From: Longimicrobiales bacterium | GTDB lineage: Bacteria > Gemmatimonadota > Gemmatimonadetes > Longimicrobiales > Gaopeijiaceae | Direction: 5' to 3' | Assembly: GCA_963664435.2 (NCBI GenBank) | Contig: CAXXKM010000002.1 | Coordinates: 768,001 to 832,000, forward strand | DNA: 64,000 bases | Shown: piece by piece, positions 20,738 to 31,104 of the stretch | How the letters are laid out: each line of letters opens with the position of its first letter | Numbering within the stretch: position 1 is the stretch's first letter | The notes under the pieces: generated by a model | Told to the model about the DNA's origin: nothing | The model's input: only the letters and a program-made list of their open reading frames with translations | Databases searched by the model: none | Program-made: the position numbers and the translations under genes

Positions 20738-22567
20738 ATGCGGCTGCACCTGAGTGTTCTCCCGGGTTTTCTCGCCCTGTTCCTCGCATCGCCCGCCCTC
20801 TCCCTGGTGGCCAATCCCCCTCCGGCCCAGGCCGGCGCGGGCGCGGTTTCGGTCGGCTTCAGCCACGTCTGCACCCTGGGGGAGGATGGGGCGGCGAGCT
20901 GCCGGGGCGCCAACGCCAGCGGGCAGCTGGGCGACGGAGGCAGCGCCGACCGCGCCGAACCGGCCCCGGTGTCCGGCGGGCTGACCTTCCAGTCGATCTC
21001 GGTCGGCCACGGACACGCCTGTGGCGTGACGGCCGACGGCGCCGTCCACTGCTGGGGCAGAAACGGCTACGGGGAACTGGGGGACGGCTCCACCACCAAC
21101 CGGACGGAACCGGTGCGCGTCGCCGGGGACATGGCCTTCGAGGCGGTCGCGGCCGGCACCAACCACACCTGCGCGCTCACCGGCGACGGCGAGGCGTACT
21201 GCTGGGGGCTGAACAGCTCGGCCCAGCTGGGCGTGGCGGCCGGCAGCCCGAGCGGCACGCCGGTGCGGGTTGAGACCGACACCCGCTTCGAGTCGATCAC
21301 GGCCGGCGTCGACCACACCTGCGCGCTGGCCGGGAACGGGCGCGCCACCTGCTGGGGCTCGAACGATTTCGTCGAGCTCGGCGACAGCACCCGGGCCCTC
21401 GGCTCGGCCCAGCCCGGCGAAGTCGATGGACCGAGATACGAGGTGCTTTCCGCCGGGAGCAACCGCACCTGCGGGGTCACCGGCGGCGACGCGTACTGCT
21501 GGGGCAACAACAACTACGGCGTGCTGGGCGACGGCACCGAGGAGCGCCGCGGCGGACCGACCGAGGTGGCCGGCGGGCACGACTTCTCCACCATCAGCTC
21601 CGGCGGCGTGCACACCTGCGCGCTCACCGACGACGGCGAAGCCTACTGCTGGGGCCTGAACACCTTCGGCCAGCTGGGCGACGGCTCGACCACCAACCGC
21701 CTCGAACCGGTCGAGGTCACGGGCGGCCACACCTTCGAGTCGATCTCGGCGGGCAACTACGGCACCTGCGCGATTACCGCGGCGGGCGAGGTCTACTGCT
21801 GGGGCCGGGTGACCGGGATGGGAGGGTACGAGGAGGGCGAGGGGATGGACACCGAGCCCACGCTGGTGGGCGGCGAGCCATCCTCCGGCGAGACCGGCTC
21901 CGCGGGGACCCCCGACGCTGGCCCGGATGCCGCGGACAGAGGCCGCGAGTGGGCCGCGCTGGCCACCTCCCTCGGCGCCCTCTCCGCGCAAACTCCTCCG
22001 CGCACGGTTCAGCCGGGAGCGCCGGGGGAGGAGACGCGCGTGCTGGAGCCGGGCGAACTCGACGGCACCGAACTTCCCCCGCACACGGAAGCCGATCTTC
22101 GCTTCATGCGCGGGATGATCCCGCATCACGCCCAGGCGCTGGACATGGTGGACCTGCTCCGGGCACGCACGTCCAATCCGCGCCTGCATCGGCTGGCCCT
22201 GCGCATCGAGATCTCGCAGAAGGACGAGATCGCGATGATGCAGCGCTGGCTGCACGACCGGGGCGAGGAAGCCCCCGGCGCCATGGCGCAACACGGACAC
22301 GGCGGCATGATGGACGAACTCATGCCGGGGATGCTCTCGCCGGAACAGATGGCGCAGCTCGCTGAGGCGCGCGACGCCGATTTCGACCGCCTGTTCCTGG
22401 AGTTCATGATCGACCACCACGCGGGCGCGCTGGTCATGGTCGAGGAATTGTTTGCGAGCCCGGGCGCGGGACAGGGGTCCGCCATCTACCACTTCGCAGC
22501 GGATGTGGAAGCGGACCAGGAGATGGAGATTCGGCGCATGCGCGCGCTGCTGGAGGGCGGCAGCTGA
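20738..22567 (+). CDS. Secreted RCC1/BLIP-II-type beta-propeller fused to DUF305
   Basis: Signal peptide; about 7 HTCAL..DG.AYCWG.N..GQLG repeats; C-terminal FMRGMIPHHAQA / FMIDHHAGA. Confidence 0.88.
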   Translation: MRLHLSVLPGFLALFLASPALSLVANPPPAQAGAGAVSVGFSHVCTLGEDGAASCRGANASGQLGDGGSADRAEPAPVSGGLTFQSISVGHGHACGVTADGAVHCWGRNGYGELGDGSTTNRTEPVRVAGDMAFEAVAAGTNHTCALTGDGEAYCWGLNSSAQLGVAAGSPSGTPVRVETDTRFESITAGVDHTCALAGNGRATCWGSNDFVELGDSTRALGSAQPGEVDGPRYEVLSAGSNRTCGVTGGDAYCWGNNNYGVLGDGTEERRGGPTEVAGGHDFSTISSGGVHTCALTDDGEAYCWGLNTFGQLGDGSTTNRLEPVEVTGGHTFESISAGNYGTCAITAAGEVYCWGRVTGMGGYEEGEGMDTEPTLVGGEPSSGETGSAGTPDAGPDAADRGREWAALATSLGALSAQTPPRTVQPGAPGEETRVLEPGELDGTELPPHTEADLRFMRGMIPHHAQALDMVDLLRARTSNPRLHRLALRIEISQKDEIAMMQRWLHDRGEEAPGAMAQHGHGGMMDELMPGMLSPEQMAQLAEARDADFDRLFLEFMIDHHAGALVMVEELFASPGAGQGSAIYHFAADVEADQEMEIRRMRALLEGGS

Positions 22568-22631
22568 CGTGATTCACTCCCGCGCTGCCCGACCCGGGCC
22601 AGGCGCGGAACCTGGTTGGAGAAAGGCGACG

Positions 22632-24527
22632 ATGAAGAAGCGGCTTCAGATGATTGGAGGACCGATGGGGATGCGCGCGTTGAGGATGACCATCGTGATG
22701 GCGGCATTGGGGCTCCCGGCATACGCGGCCGCCCAGGCCGTTCCGCCGGGACAGCCGCGGCCCGAGGAACTCGCGGAGGTACGCGCCGACTCCCTGGCCG
22801 AACCGGCGCTCCCGGCCTTCGACTGGGACATCCTCGATCCGCGGGTGAACCTGGCGGCCGGCTGGCTCGACGCCGAGAGCGCCATCCGGAACCTCGAGCT
22901 GGTGGCGACCACGCCCCGTCCGGAGGGCTTCTTCAACCCGGAGACGCCGCGTCAGGGCGCCGGCTTCTCCAACACGGATCTCGCCTTTCAGGGGGATTAC
23001 CTCTTCCAGGGCAACTACAACGGCTTTCAGGTCTACGACATCTCCGATCCCGGCAACATCGAACTGCACGTCGCGGTGGTGTGCCCCGGCGGCCAGGGCG
23101 ACGTGTCGATCTACGGTGACCTGCTCTTCATGTCCGCCCAGGAGACCCGCGGCCGGCTCGACTGCGGCACCGAGGGCGTCCAGGACAGCGTGAGCGTGGA
23201 GCGCTTCCGCGGGGTGCGCATCTTCGACCTGTCGAACCTGGAGGCGCCCCGGCAGGTGGCGGCCGTCCAGACCTGCCGCGGCTCGCACACGCACACCGTG
23301 GTCACCGACCCCAATGACGACGAGAACGTCTACGTCTACGTCTCCGGCACATCCGGGGTGCGTCCGGCGGACGAGCTTCCCGGGTGCTCGGGGTTGCCCC
23401 CGGAGGAGGATCCCAACACCGCGTACTTCCGCATCGAGGTGATCCAGGTCCCGCTGGCGAACCCGGAGGACGCCCGCATCGTCAACATGCCGCGCATCTT
23501 CGCGGACCCCGAGACCGGCGAACTCGGCGGCCTCTGGCAGGGCGGCGACCACGGCGAGGGCACCCAGGAATCCCGTCTCACCAACCAGTGCCACGACATC
23601 ACGGTCTTCCCGGAGATCGGACTCGCCGCCGGGGCCTGCGCGGGCAACGGCATCCTGCTGGACATCTCGGACCCGGTGAACCCGGTGCGCCTCGACGAGG
23701 TGGTGGATCCCAACTTCGCCTACTGGCACTCGGCCACGTTCAACAACGACGGCACCAAGATCCTCTTCACCGACGAATGGGGCGGCGGAGGCCAGCCGCG
23801 CTGTCGCTCGACCGATCCGCCCGACTGGGGCGCGAACGCCATCTTCGAAATCGTCGACGGGCAGATGGAGCTCGCCGGCTACTACAAGCTGCCGGTGCCG
23901 CAGAGCGAGCTGGAGAACTGCGTGGCCCACAACGGAGCCATCATCCCGGTGCCCGGACGCGACATCATGGTGCAGGCGTGGTACCAGGGCGGCCTGTCGA
24001 TGCTCGACTTCACCGACGCATCCGACCCGGTCGAGATTGCCTTCTTCGACCGCGGCCCGCTGAGCGAGGAAGAAATGTTCACGGGCGGCTACTGGTCCAC
24101 CTACTGGAACAACGGCTTCATCTACGGCGCCGAGATCACGCGCGGGCTCGACATCTTCCGGCTGAGCCCCAGCGAGCATCTCTCCCGGAACGAGATCGAC
24201 GCCGCGAACATGGTGCAGGTCGAAGAGTTCAACGCGCAGCTGCAGCCGATGTTCACCTGGCCGGCACACCCCGCCGTGGCGGGATCGTACCTCGACCAGC
24301 TGGAGCGGGCCGGCGACATCCAGCCCTCGCTGCTGCGGCAGTCGCGGGAGGTCCTGGCTGCCGCCCGATCCATGCCGGGAGCCGACGTGGCCGCCCAGCT
24401 GCGTGAAACCGCGTCCGCCCTCGACGCGAACGCCGACGAGGTGAATGCGGGCGAGCGGCTGGGCGACGCGCCCCGCCAGCGCTGGCTGGCCCAGGCCATG
24501 CGGGAGCTGGCGGCGTCGATGGATTAG
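22632..24527 (+). CDS. LVIVD-repeat-type secreted protein
   Basis: NTDLAF, CPGGQGDVS, CRGSHTHT, CHDIT, WHSATF, CVAHN; typical partner of DUF305. Confidence 0.85.
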   Translation: MKKRLQMIGGPMGMRALRMTIVMAALGLPAYAAAQAVPPGQPRPEELAEVRADSLAEPALPAFDWDILDPRVNLAAGWLDAESAIRNLELVATTPRPEGFFNPETPRQGAGFSNTDLAFQGDYLFQGNYNGFQVYDISDPGNIELHVAVVCPGGQGDVSIYGDLLFMSAQETRGRLDCGTEGVQDSVSVERFRGVRIFDLSNLEAPRQVAAVQTCRGSHTHTVVTDPNDDENVYVYVSGTSGVRPADELPGCSGLPPEEDPNTAYFRIEVIQVPLANPEDARIVNMPRIFADPETGELGGLWQGGDHGEGTQESRLTNQCHDITVFPEIGLAAGACAGNGILLDISDPVNPVRLDEVVDPNFAYWHSATFNNDGTKILFTDEWGGGGQPRCRSTDPPDWGANAIFEIVDGQMELAGYYKLPVPQSELENCVAHNGAIIPVPGRDIMVQAWYQGGLSMLDFTDASDPVEIAFFDRGPLSEEEMFTGGYWSTYWNNGFIYGAEITRGLDIFRLSPSEHLSRNEIDAANMVQVEEFNAQLQPMFTWPAHPAVAGSYLDQLERAGDIQPSLLRQSREVLAAARSMPGADVAAQLRETASALDANADEVNAGERLGDAPRQRWLAQAMRELAASMD

Positions 24528-24534
24528 GGCCGAA

Positions 24535-26139
24535 GTGAAGACGGCCCGGAAGCGCGTAGGACTGCCTTGCATTCTCCTCGCACTCGTTTGGGTCGCCTGC
24601 GCGGAGCCAGCCAATCGCGGCGAGACTTCCGCGGCGGGCTCCGCATCGCCCGCGGCCGGAGACGCCCCCCTCCCCACGGCCCTCTGGCACGACGCTACCG
24701 ACGAACTCCTCCCCGCCACGGCCGAATGGACCAACAAGGTCGAGCTCGCCGACATCGACGGGGACGGCCGCATCGACCTGCTGTTCGCGAACGGCGGCAA
24801 CTACTCCGAGCCGGGTGAGCCCGAGCTGAACCGGGCGTTCGCCAACCGCGGCCCGCGGCAACCCTTCGAGGAGGTGACCGGCCGGGTGTTCGGCTCCACG
24901 CCGGACCTGGCGCGGGTGATCAAGGCGCGCGACTTCGACGGAGACGGCGATGCCGACATCATCGTCGGGGCGACCTACCAGACCCGGAGCAGGCTATACA
25001 TGGGAACGGGAGAGGGCGCGTTCGAGGAGCGCACCGCTACCCACCTCCCCCGGCTCCGGCTCAGCCTGGGCGACGCCGAGCCCGGGGACGTGGACCTGGA
25101 CGGCGACCTCGACCTGGTGCTCGCGGACTGGGGACCCGGCAACAACATGACCAACGAGGGCGGCCGGACGCGCCTCTGGCTGAACGACGGCACGGGCCGC
25201 TTCACCGACGCCACCGAAGGCCGCATGCCCGCGACCCTGGTCCGCTTCTCCTGGGACCTCGAGCTGGTCGATGTCGACAATGACTTCGACCTGGATGTCC
25301 TGGTGTCCTGCAAGCGCTGCGCGGGCAGCCTGCTCTATCGGAACGACGGCACCGGCGTCTTCGAGGAGGACCCGCGCGGGCTGCCGCAGTACACGAACAA
25401 CTACGAGTTCGAGGCGATGGATCTCGACGGCGACGAATTCCTCGACCTCGTGACCATCAACGACGGCGAGATCGTCGGCGAACGAGGCTCCCGACGCCGC
25501 GAGCACGTTTTCCGCAACGACGGCGAGGGCCGGTTCGTGGATGCGACGGATGCGTGGTGGCCGGCTTCCGACAACATCGGAGAGGACGACAACGTCGTCG
25601 CCTTTCTCGACTTCGATTCCGACTTCGACGCCGATTTCCTGATCGGCTCGCTCAGCGGCCCCGATCGCCTGCTGATCAACGACGGCACCGGCCGGCTGCG
25701 CCTGGCGACCGAGGTGTTCACCGGCGCGGAGACGCCCGGCACGCTGGGCATGGCCATCGCCGACCTCGACGGAGACGGGCGCATCGACGTGGTGCAATCC
25801 CAGGGCGAGCATCCCACGGCCATCCAGGAGCGCATCTTCCTGGGGCGGGGGCTGGCAGCCTACAATGCTGTGCCCGTGGTGGGGACGCCGATGACAGTCC
25901 CGGACGGCGACAGCGCGCTCGTCCTGGTCCGCATCCACCAGCGCAAGAGCCCGTCGCTCGCGGCCGAGTGGGAGAGCGTCGAGGTGACGTGGGAATCGGA
26001 AGACAGGGAAGGGACGGTCCCGATGCGCTGGTACGGCGAGTACCTCTGGCGGGCGCGGATTCCGCTGGAGGCGAGGCCGTCCATCATCGACGCGAGGGCT
26101 GCGGCCGGGGGCCGGACGCGTCTCGAACCACGGTCCTGA
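24535..26139 (+). CDS. FG-GAP/VCBS-repeat lipoprotein
   Basis: Repeated D.DGDG..D calcium-binding blades; lipobox-like VWVAC. Confidence 0.85.
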   Translation: MKTARKRVGLPCILLALVWVACAEPANRGETSAAGSASPAAGDAPLPTALWHDATDELLPATAEWTNKVELADIDGDGRIDLLFANGGNYSEPGEPELNRAFANRGPRQPFEEVTGRVFGSTPDLARVIKARDFDGDGDADIIVGATYQTRSRLYMGTGEGAFEERTATHLPRLRLSLGDAEPGDVDLDGDLDLVLADWGPGNNMTNEGGRTRLWLNDGTGRFTDATEGRMPATLVRFSWDLELVDVDNDFDLDVLVSCKRCAGSLLYRNDGTGVFEEDPRGLPQYTNNYEFEAMDLDGDEFLDLVTINDGEIVGERGSRRREHVFRNDGEGRFVDATDAWWPASDNIGEDDNVVAFLDFDSDFDADFLIGSLSGPDRLLINDGTGRLRLATEVFTGAETPGTLGMAIADLDGDGRIDVVQSQGEHPTAIQERIFLGRGLAAYNAVPVVGTPMTVPDGDSALVLVRIHQRKSPSLAAEWESVEVTWESEDREGTVPMRWYGEYLWRARIPLEARPSIIDARAAAGGRTRLEPRS

Positions 26140-26189
26140 CGGCGCGGATTGACTTGGCCTGATCGGGGCCCGGATGGAGGACCGAGCGC

Positions 26190-28808
26190 ATGAAGCCCCC
26201 GAAACCCCTCACGCACCGCAGCGTCTCTCTCAGCATCGTTGCCCTGTTGCTGTCGTTGCCTCCCGCGGTACCGGCGACGGCCCAGACCACCGGGATCATC
26301 GAAGGCATGGTCGTGGGCGCGAACGGTTTTCCGATGTCCGGTGCGCTGGTGACGCTGGCCGGCACCGCCGCGAGCCGGGAGAGCGTCGCGGGCGCCGATG
26401 GCTCATTCCGGTTCGCGGATCTGGCGGCCGGCGACTACGTCGTGACGGCGAGGCTTCCCGGTTTCGAGACGGCGGAACTCCAGGTCGCGCTCGAGGCGGG
26501 CGCCACCCGGACGGCCCAGCTGGTTCTGCAGGTCACCTATCTGTTCGACACACTCAGCGTCGTGGCCGAGGAGCCCCGGATCTTCGCGCGCAACTTCGTC
26601 CCCGAGTCGATGATCCGGCAGCAGTCGACCATCGCCAGCGTGGCCGCGGTGGTGGACAACCTCCCCGGGGTATCGGTCCAGGAGGGGGATGCGTACGGCT
26701 TCGACGACTGGTCGAGCAACGTCGCCGTGCGCGGCTTCCAGGTGACCATCAGCGAAGCGCAGATCGGGACGACCATCGACGGGTTTCCGAACGGCACCTC
26801 CGACTACTTTAGCGGCGCCAAGGCGAATCGCTTCGTCGACCCGATGAACCTCGCGAGCGTCGAGGTCTCGCAGGGCACGGCCGACATCGCCTCGCGGTCA
26901 GTGGAGGCGCTGGGCGGCACCTTCAACTACCTCACCAGCGATCCGGCGGCGGAGCGCACTTACACGGCGTCCGCCACCATCGGTGAGAACGGGGGCGAGC
27001 GCTTTTTCATGCGGGTCGACACCGGACCGTTGTTCGGCGGGGCGACGCGCGCCTGGATCGCCGGCGTGCGGCAGGAAGCGACCGACTGGGTGCAGGGCTC
27101 CGCGAGGAACGAACGGGAGCACCTCGCCGCCAAGCTGGTTTCGGCGCACGGGTCGCTCGATCTCACGAGCTACATCTCATACGACGCCATCCACGAGGAC
27201 ACCTACCAGCGGCTCTACAGCGACGCCGACTTCAGGGCCAACCCGCGCTGGGACCGGCTGGTCGGCGACTGGCCGGGGGTGCCGTACCTGAACCAGTTCT
27301 ACCGGCCCGGCTGGCAGACCCGGCGCAACAACACGCTCGCCTACCTCAGGGCGAACTGGGCGCAGAGCGAGCTGAGTTCGCTGAGCGCGGGCATCTACTA
27401 CCATCGCAACCGGGGCCGCGGCGACTGGCTGCCCCCATACATCGTCGACCTGGTCGACGACCGCGGCGGACCGGAATCCGAGCTCGCAGGCTACGCGCCG
27501 ATCCGGGGCGGCGCGCAACTCGGGCTCATCCGCTTCGTGGACGGGAACGGCGTCGCGGTCGACCCGACGCCCGGCTGCACCTCCTCCTACATCTTCAACT
27601 ACTACGGCTCGGGCGGCGCGGCGGTCGACCCGGCGTGCCACCCGGGGGCAACGGCGGTGCAGTCATACCGCCACAGCCACTACGGGAAGGACCGCTTCGG
27701 CCTGACCCTCGACGAAGAGTGGTCCGCCACCCTCGGCAGGGCCGGCAGCGCGCTCCGGGCCGGCATCTGGTACGAGGGTTCAACGCGCCACCTGGGCCGG
27801 GACTGGCACCGCATGCTCGACCCCACGCTCAGCTTCAAGTGGGACGAGCAGGCCTATTGGTACCAGTATGAGTGGGATTTCCCGCAGCACGTCTTCAAGT
27901 GGTACCTGGAAGAGACGCTGTATGTCGGCTCTTTCGCCCTCAGCGGCGGCGTCAAGAAGTTCCACATCAACGTTGCGCGGGAGGACCAGTTCGGCGCCGA
28001 TCGAGCGCTCGACGTCGACTCCGACTCAGGGCTGCTCTTCTCCGGCGGCGTCACCTGGGAGACGCCGGTCCAGGGCCTCGACGTCTTCGCAGGCTATGCC
28101 CAGAACTTCAAGGCGATCAGCAGCACGCTGCTCGAGGTCCCGGGCCGGAGCCTGGATCTGCTCGAGCCCGAGACGGCCTCCAACGTCGATGTCGGGGTGC
28201 AGTATGCCGGGGAGCGACTCGCGTTCAGTGCCGCCTGGTATTCCATCGACTTCCAGAACCGGATCTTCTACCTCGGCCCGCAGACGCCCGCCGGTCCCAA
28301 CTACCTCGTTCCCGGGGGCGGCGCCTACTTCAACGCCGGCGGCATCGAGACCAGCGGCGTCGAGGTGGCCGCGACGGTGCCGCTGTCCGAACGAACCTCG
28401 TTCTACACGGCCCTCACCTTCAACAACTCGGATTACCTGGGGACCGGTGATCCGCTCGTCGACGAGAACCAGGGCATCGTGGCCGGGACCGACGTGACCG
28501 GCGTGCCGAGTCGGCTTTGGGTCATCTCGCTCGACCGGAGCGGACCGCTGGGCGGAGGAATGTCCGCCAAGTACACGTCGTCGCGGCGCGTGAGTCTGAC
28601 CGCGGACTGGCACACGGACGCCTACTGGATCGTGGACGCCTACGTCACGTTGCGGGGCGAGGCCTTGAGCGACCTCCTGCGCTCGACGGAGTTCTCGCTG
28701 GTGGCGAACAACCTGGGCGACGCCGCATACCTGTCGGCGATCACCGAGAACGCGGCCTGGCTGGGCGCGCCACGGACGGTATCGATGAGCGCGACAGTGT
28801 CGTTCTGA
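26190..28808 (+). CDS. TonB-dependent receptor with N-terminal carboxypeptidase-regulatory-like domain
   Basis: Signal peptide, plug (VEVSQG...GGTFNY), LEPE motif, C-terminal GAPRTVSMSATVSF. Confidence 0.92.
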   Translation: MKPPKPLTHRSVSLSIVALLLSLPPAVPATAQTTGIIEGMVVGANGFPMSGALVTLAGTAASRESVAGADGSFRFADLAAGDYVVTARLPGFETAELQVALEAGATRTAQLVLQVTYLFDTLSVVAEEPRIFARNFVPESMIRQQSTIASVAAVVDNLPGVSVQEGDAYGFDDWSSNVAVRGFQVTISEAQIGTTIDGFPNGTSDYFSGAKANRFVDPMNLASVEVSQGTADIASRSVEALGGTFNYLTSDPAAERTYTASATIGENGGERFFMRVDTGPLFGGATRAWIAGVRQEATDWVQGSARNEREHLAAKLVSAHGSLDLTSYISYDAIHEDTYQRLYSDADFRANPRWDRLVGDWPGVPYLNQFYRPGWQTRRNNTLAYLRANWAQSELSSLSAGIYYHRNRGRGDWLPPYIVDLVDDRGGPESELAGYAPIRGGAQLGLIRFVDGNGVAVDPTPGCTSSYIFNYYGSGGAAVDPACHPGATAVQSYRHSHYGKDRFGLTLDEEWSATLGRAGSALRAGIWYEGSTRHLGRDWHRMLDPTLSFKWDEQAYWYQYEWDFPQHVFKWYLEETLYVGSFALSGGVKKFHINVAREDQFGADRALDVDSDSGLLFSGGVTWETPVQGLDVFAGYAQNFKAISSTLLEVPGRSLDLLEPETASNVDVGVQYAGERLAFSAAWYSIDFQNRIFYLGPQTPAGPNYLVPGGGAYFNAGGIETSGVEVAATVPLSERTSFYTALTFNNSDYLGTGDPLVDENQGIVAGTDVTGVPSRLWVISLDRSGPLGGGMSAKYTSSRRVSLTADWHTDAYWIVDAYVTLRGEALSDLLRSTEFSLVANNLGDAAYLSAITENAAWLGAPRTVSMSATVSF

Positions 28809-28890
28809 GGGGCTGGCTTCCGTTTCGGGGGGCTGGGGCTTCCGTTCCGAGGGGCCGGCTGATCTCGGCCGGGTCAGCACCCTCGGCGCC

Positions 28891-29035
28891 ATTCCGCATT
28901 TGCGCGTCCCATTTTGACATTGGCAGGTCTGGATTTCCGCCGCTGCGTGCAATCGGAAACCAGGTGACCCGATTTCGCATTCACGCGTCCCGTTTTGCCA
29001 TTGACAGGTTTCGAACCCGCCTTTCTGCAGTATCC
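28891..29035. repeat. Two degenerate direct repeats, about 81-bp period
   Basis: ATT(C/T)CGCATT..CGCGTCCC.TTTTG.CATTG.CAGGT at 28891 and 28972. Confidence 0.7.
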
Positions 29036-29223
29036 AATATCCCGCGTTCCATAGTCCGCCAGGGGCTCTGACCGGCCCTCTGGGGGCGTTCGCGGGCAGC
29101 GTCCTCCTGCGATGGCCTCCAGGCCCCGCGTCGGCCGCTACAGGCCATCCTGAGAGGCCGTTTTCAGTGGCGTTATATTTACAGGTAAGTCATCAACAAT
29201 GAAACCATATTTGGGGAAGACCG

Positions 29224-30951
29224 ATGATCGCGCCTGCAGACTATGGCTGCGCCACGCGCGAAGCGCCCTCTTCCAAAGAGGACGACGAACTCCGGAAGCT
29301 CGGCGAACGCATCGCGGAGCTGGCGGCCCGCATCAACTCCGCAGAAGCGCGGATGATGAAACTCATCGCCGAATTCGACCGCCGGGGCGGCTGGAAGGAC
29401 GGCGGCTTCTCGTCCTGCGCCGAATGGCTGGCGTGGCGGCTCGGCATGACCATCGGCCCGGCTCGTGAGCGCGTCCGGACGGCCCGTGCGCTGGAAAACC
29501 TGCCGGAGACGGCGGATGCCCTGGCGGCCGGCAGCATCTCGTACACCAAGGTGCGGGCGCTTACCCGGGTTGCGACCCCCGAGCGCGAGGCGGAACTGCT
29601 GGAGTTCGCGCGCGCGGCCTCGGCGGCGAGGCTGGAGCAGAGGGTGCGCATGTGGAAGAAACTGTCCCGCGACGAAGAGTTGACCGCGGAGGAAGCCCGC
29701 CATCGCAGCCGAACCTTCTCGGTGTTCGTGGACGGCGACGGGATGTACGTGGTGAAGGGCCGGCTCGAGCCGGAGGTCGGGGCGGTGCTCATGCGGGCGG
29801 TGGAGGCCGCATCCGATGCGCTCTTCCGGCGTGAGGGCGAAGCGGGTGCCGGTAGTCACGAGGAAGATGCGGGTGCCGGTCGTCACGAGGACGATGCGGG
29901 TGCGGGTCGTCGCGCCGGTGACGGCAATCCGCGCCCCGAACCGAAGCAGCGCCGGGCGGATGCGGTGGGTCTACTGGCGGAGCGGGCGCTCGCGGCGGGG
30001 TTCGGAGCTGACGGGTGCCATGAGCAGCGGCAGACTCACCCCCAAGAGGAGCCGCAGACTCACCCCCATGAGCAGCGGCAGACCCACCCCCGTGAGCAGC
30101 CGCAGACTCACCTCCGCGGGGAACCGGCGCCCCGATCCGACACCGAGACGCCGGCCCAACCCCGGGCCGAGTCCGGGACACGCGTCGAGTCCGGCACCCG
30201 GGCCGAGCGGTACCAGGTCATGGTTCATTGCGATGCCGCGACTCTCGGGGAGGAAGGTGAGCCCGGGCGCTCCGATCTGGACGGGATCCGCGTTTCCGCG
30301 GAAACGTCGCGGCGCATGGCGTGCGATGCCGCGGTGGTCGCGATGGTCCACGCGAAGAACGGCTCGGTGCTGAACGTGGGCCGCAGGACGCGCACGATTC
30401 CGCCCCACATCCGGCGGGCGCTGGAGGAACGCGACCGCGGATGCCGCTTCCCAGGGTGCGGCTGCAGGTTCACCGAGGCCCATCACGTGAAACACTGGGC
30501 CGACGGCGGTGAGACGAGCCTCGGGAACACCCTGTTACTCTGCCGGAGGCACCACCGGGCCGTCCACGAGGGGCGAGTGAAGGTGTCCGTGAACGGGGGC
30601 GGGACCGTGCTCTTCGTCACCCCGAAGGGGAGGATGCTTGTCGACGCGCCGACGAGGCCCAAAGCGGCTCGTGGCCGCGCGAGAAGGGAGATGATCGCCC
30701 GGAACACCCGGCCCGGGGGTGGCCTCGCCGGCGAGTCAGCCTCGGGCCTGCTGCCGGTCCCATCGGTTCATGGCCCCGCCCCGGACGAGACCGCGGCCTC
30801 GCCCCTGCCGCCGGTCCCATCGGTGTATCGCGGCGCCCCTGGGAAGGGCGATGGCATCACGCTCTCGAACGGAGCTGCGCTTTACCGCGATTCGGAGATC
30901 CCATGGGAGATCGAGGCCGCCGCGCGAGAGGCCATGGAGGAGTCTCCGTAA
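29224..30951 (+). CDS. DUF222 + HNH endonuclease (13E12-like)
   Basis: RRADA, RRMACDA, RDRGCRFPGC, EAHHVKHWADGGETSLGNTLLLCRRHH; internal 27- and 24-bp tandem repeats. Confidence 0.9.
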   Translation: MIAPADYGCATREAPSSKEDDELRKLGERIAELAARINSAEARMMKLIAEFDRRGGWKDGGFSSCAEWLAWRLGMTIGPARERVRTARALENLPETADALAAGSISYTKVRALTRVATPEREAELLEFARAASAARLEQRVRMWKKLSRDEELTAEEARHRSRTFSVFVDGDGMYVVKGRLEPEVGAVLMRAVEAASDALFRREGEAGAGSHEEDAGAGRHEDDAGAGRRAGDGNPRPEPKQRRADAVGLLAERALAAGFGADGCHEQRQTHPQEEPQTHPHEQRQTHPREQPQTHLRGEPAPRSDTETPAQPRAESGTRVESGTRAERYQVMVHCDAATLGEEGEPGRSDLDGIRVSAETSRRMACDAAVVAMVHAKNGSVLNVGRRTRTIPPHIRRALEERDRGCRFPGCGCRFTEAHHVKHWADGGETSLGNTLLLCRRHHRAVHEGRVKVSVNGGGTVLFVTPKGRMLVDAPTRPKAARGRARREMIARNTRPGGGLAGESASGLLPVPSVHGPAPDETAASPLPPVPSVYRGAPGKGDGITLSNGAALYRDSEIPWEIEAAAREAMEESP

Positions 30952-31003
30952 GGTGCCGTGGCATGCCGCGCGCGCGTTGCGTACCTGCGGCCCTGGTCGC
31001 ATA

Positions 31004-31041
31004 ATGACAGACTGGTATCCCGATGACAGACTGGTATCCCG
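31004..31041. repeat. Perfect 19-bp tandem duplication
   Basis: ATGACAGACTGGTATCCCG x2. Confidence 0.95.
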
Positions 31042-31104
31042 TTTTCGTCGGGTATGCATCAGGATTTGTCAGGGCACGCACCAGGAGTCGACGGAGTCCG
31101 CGCG

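Noticed and set aside
29840..30120. CRISPR-like periodic repeats (also 14025, 34285, 34875)
   Set aside because: No unique spacers, mostly in-frame coding repeats, and no cas genes
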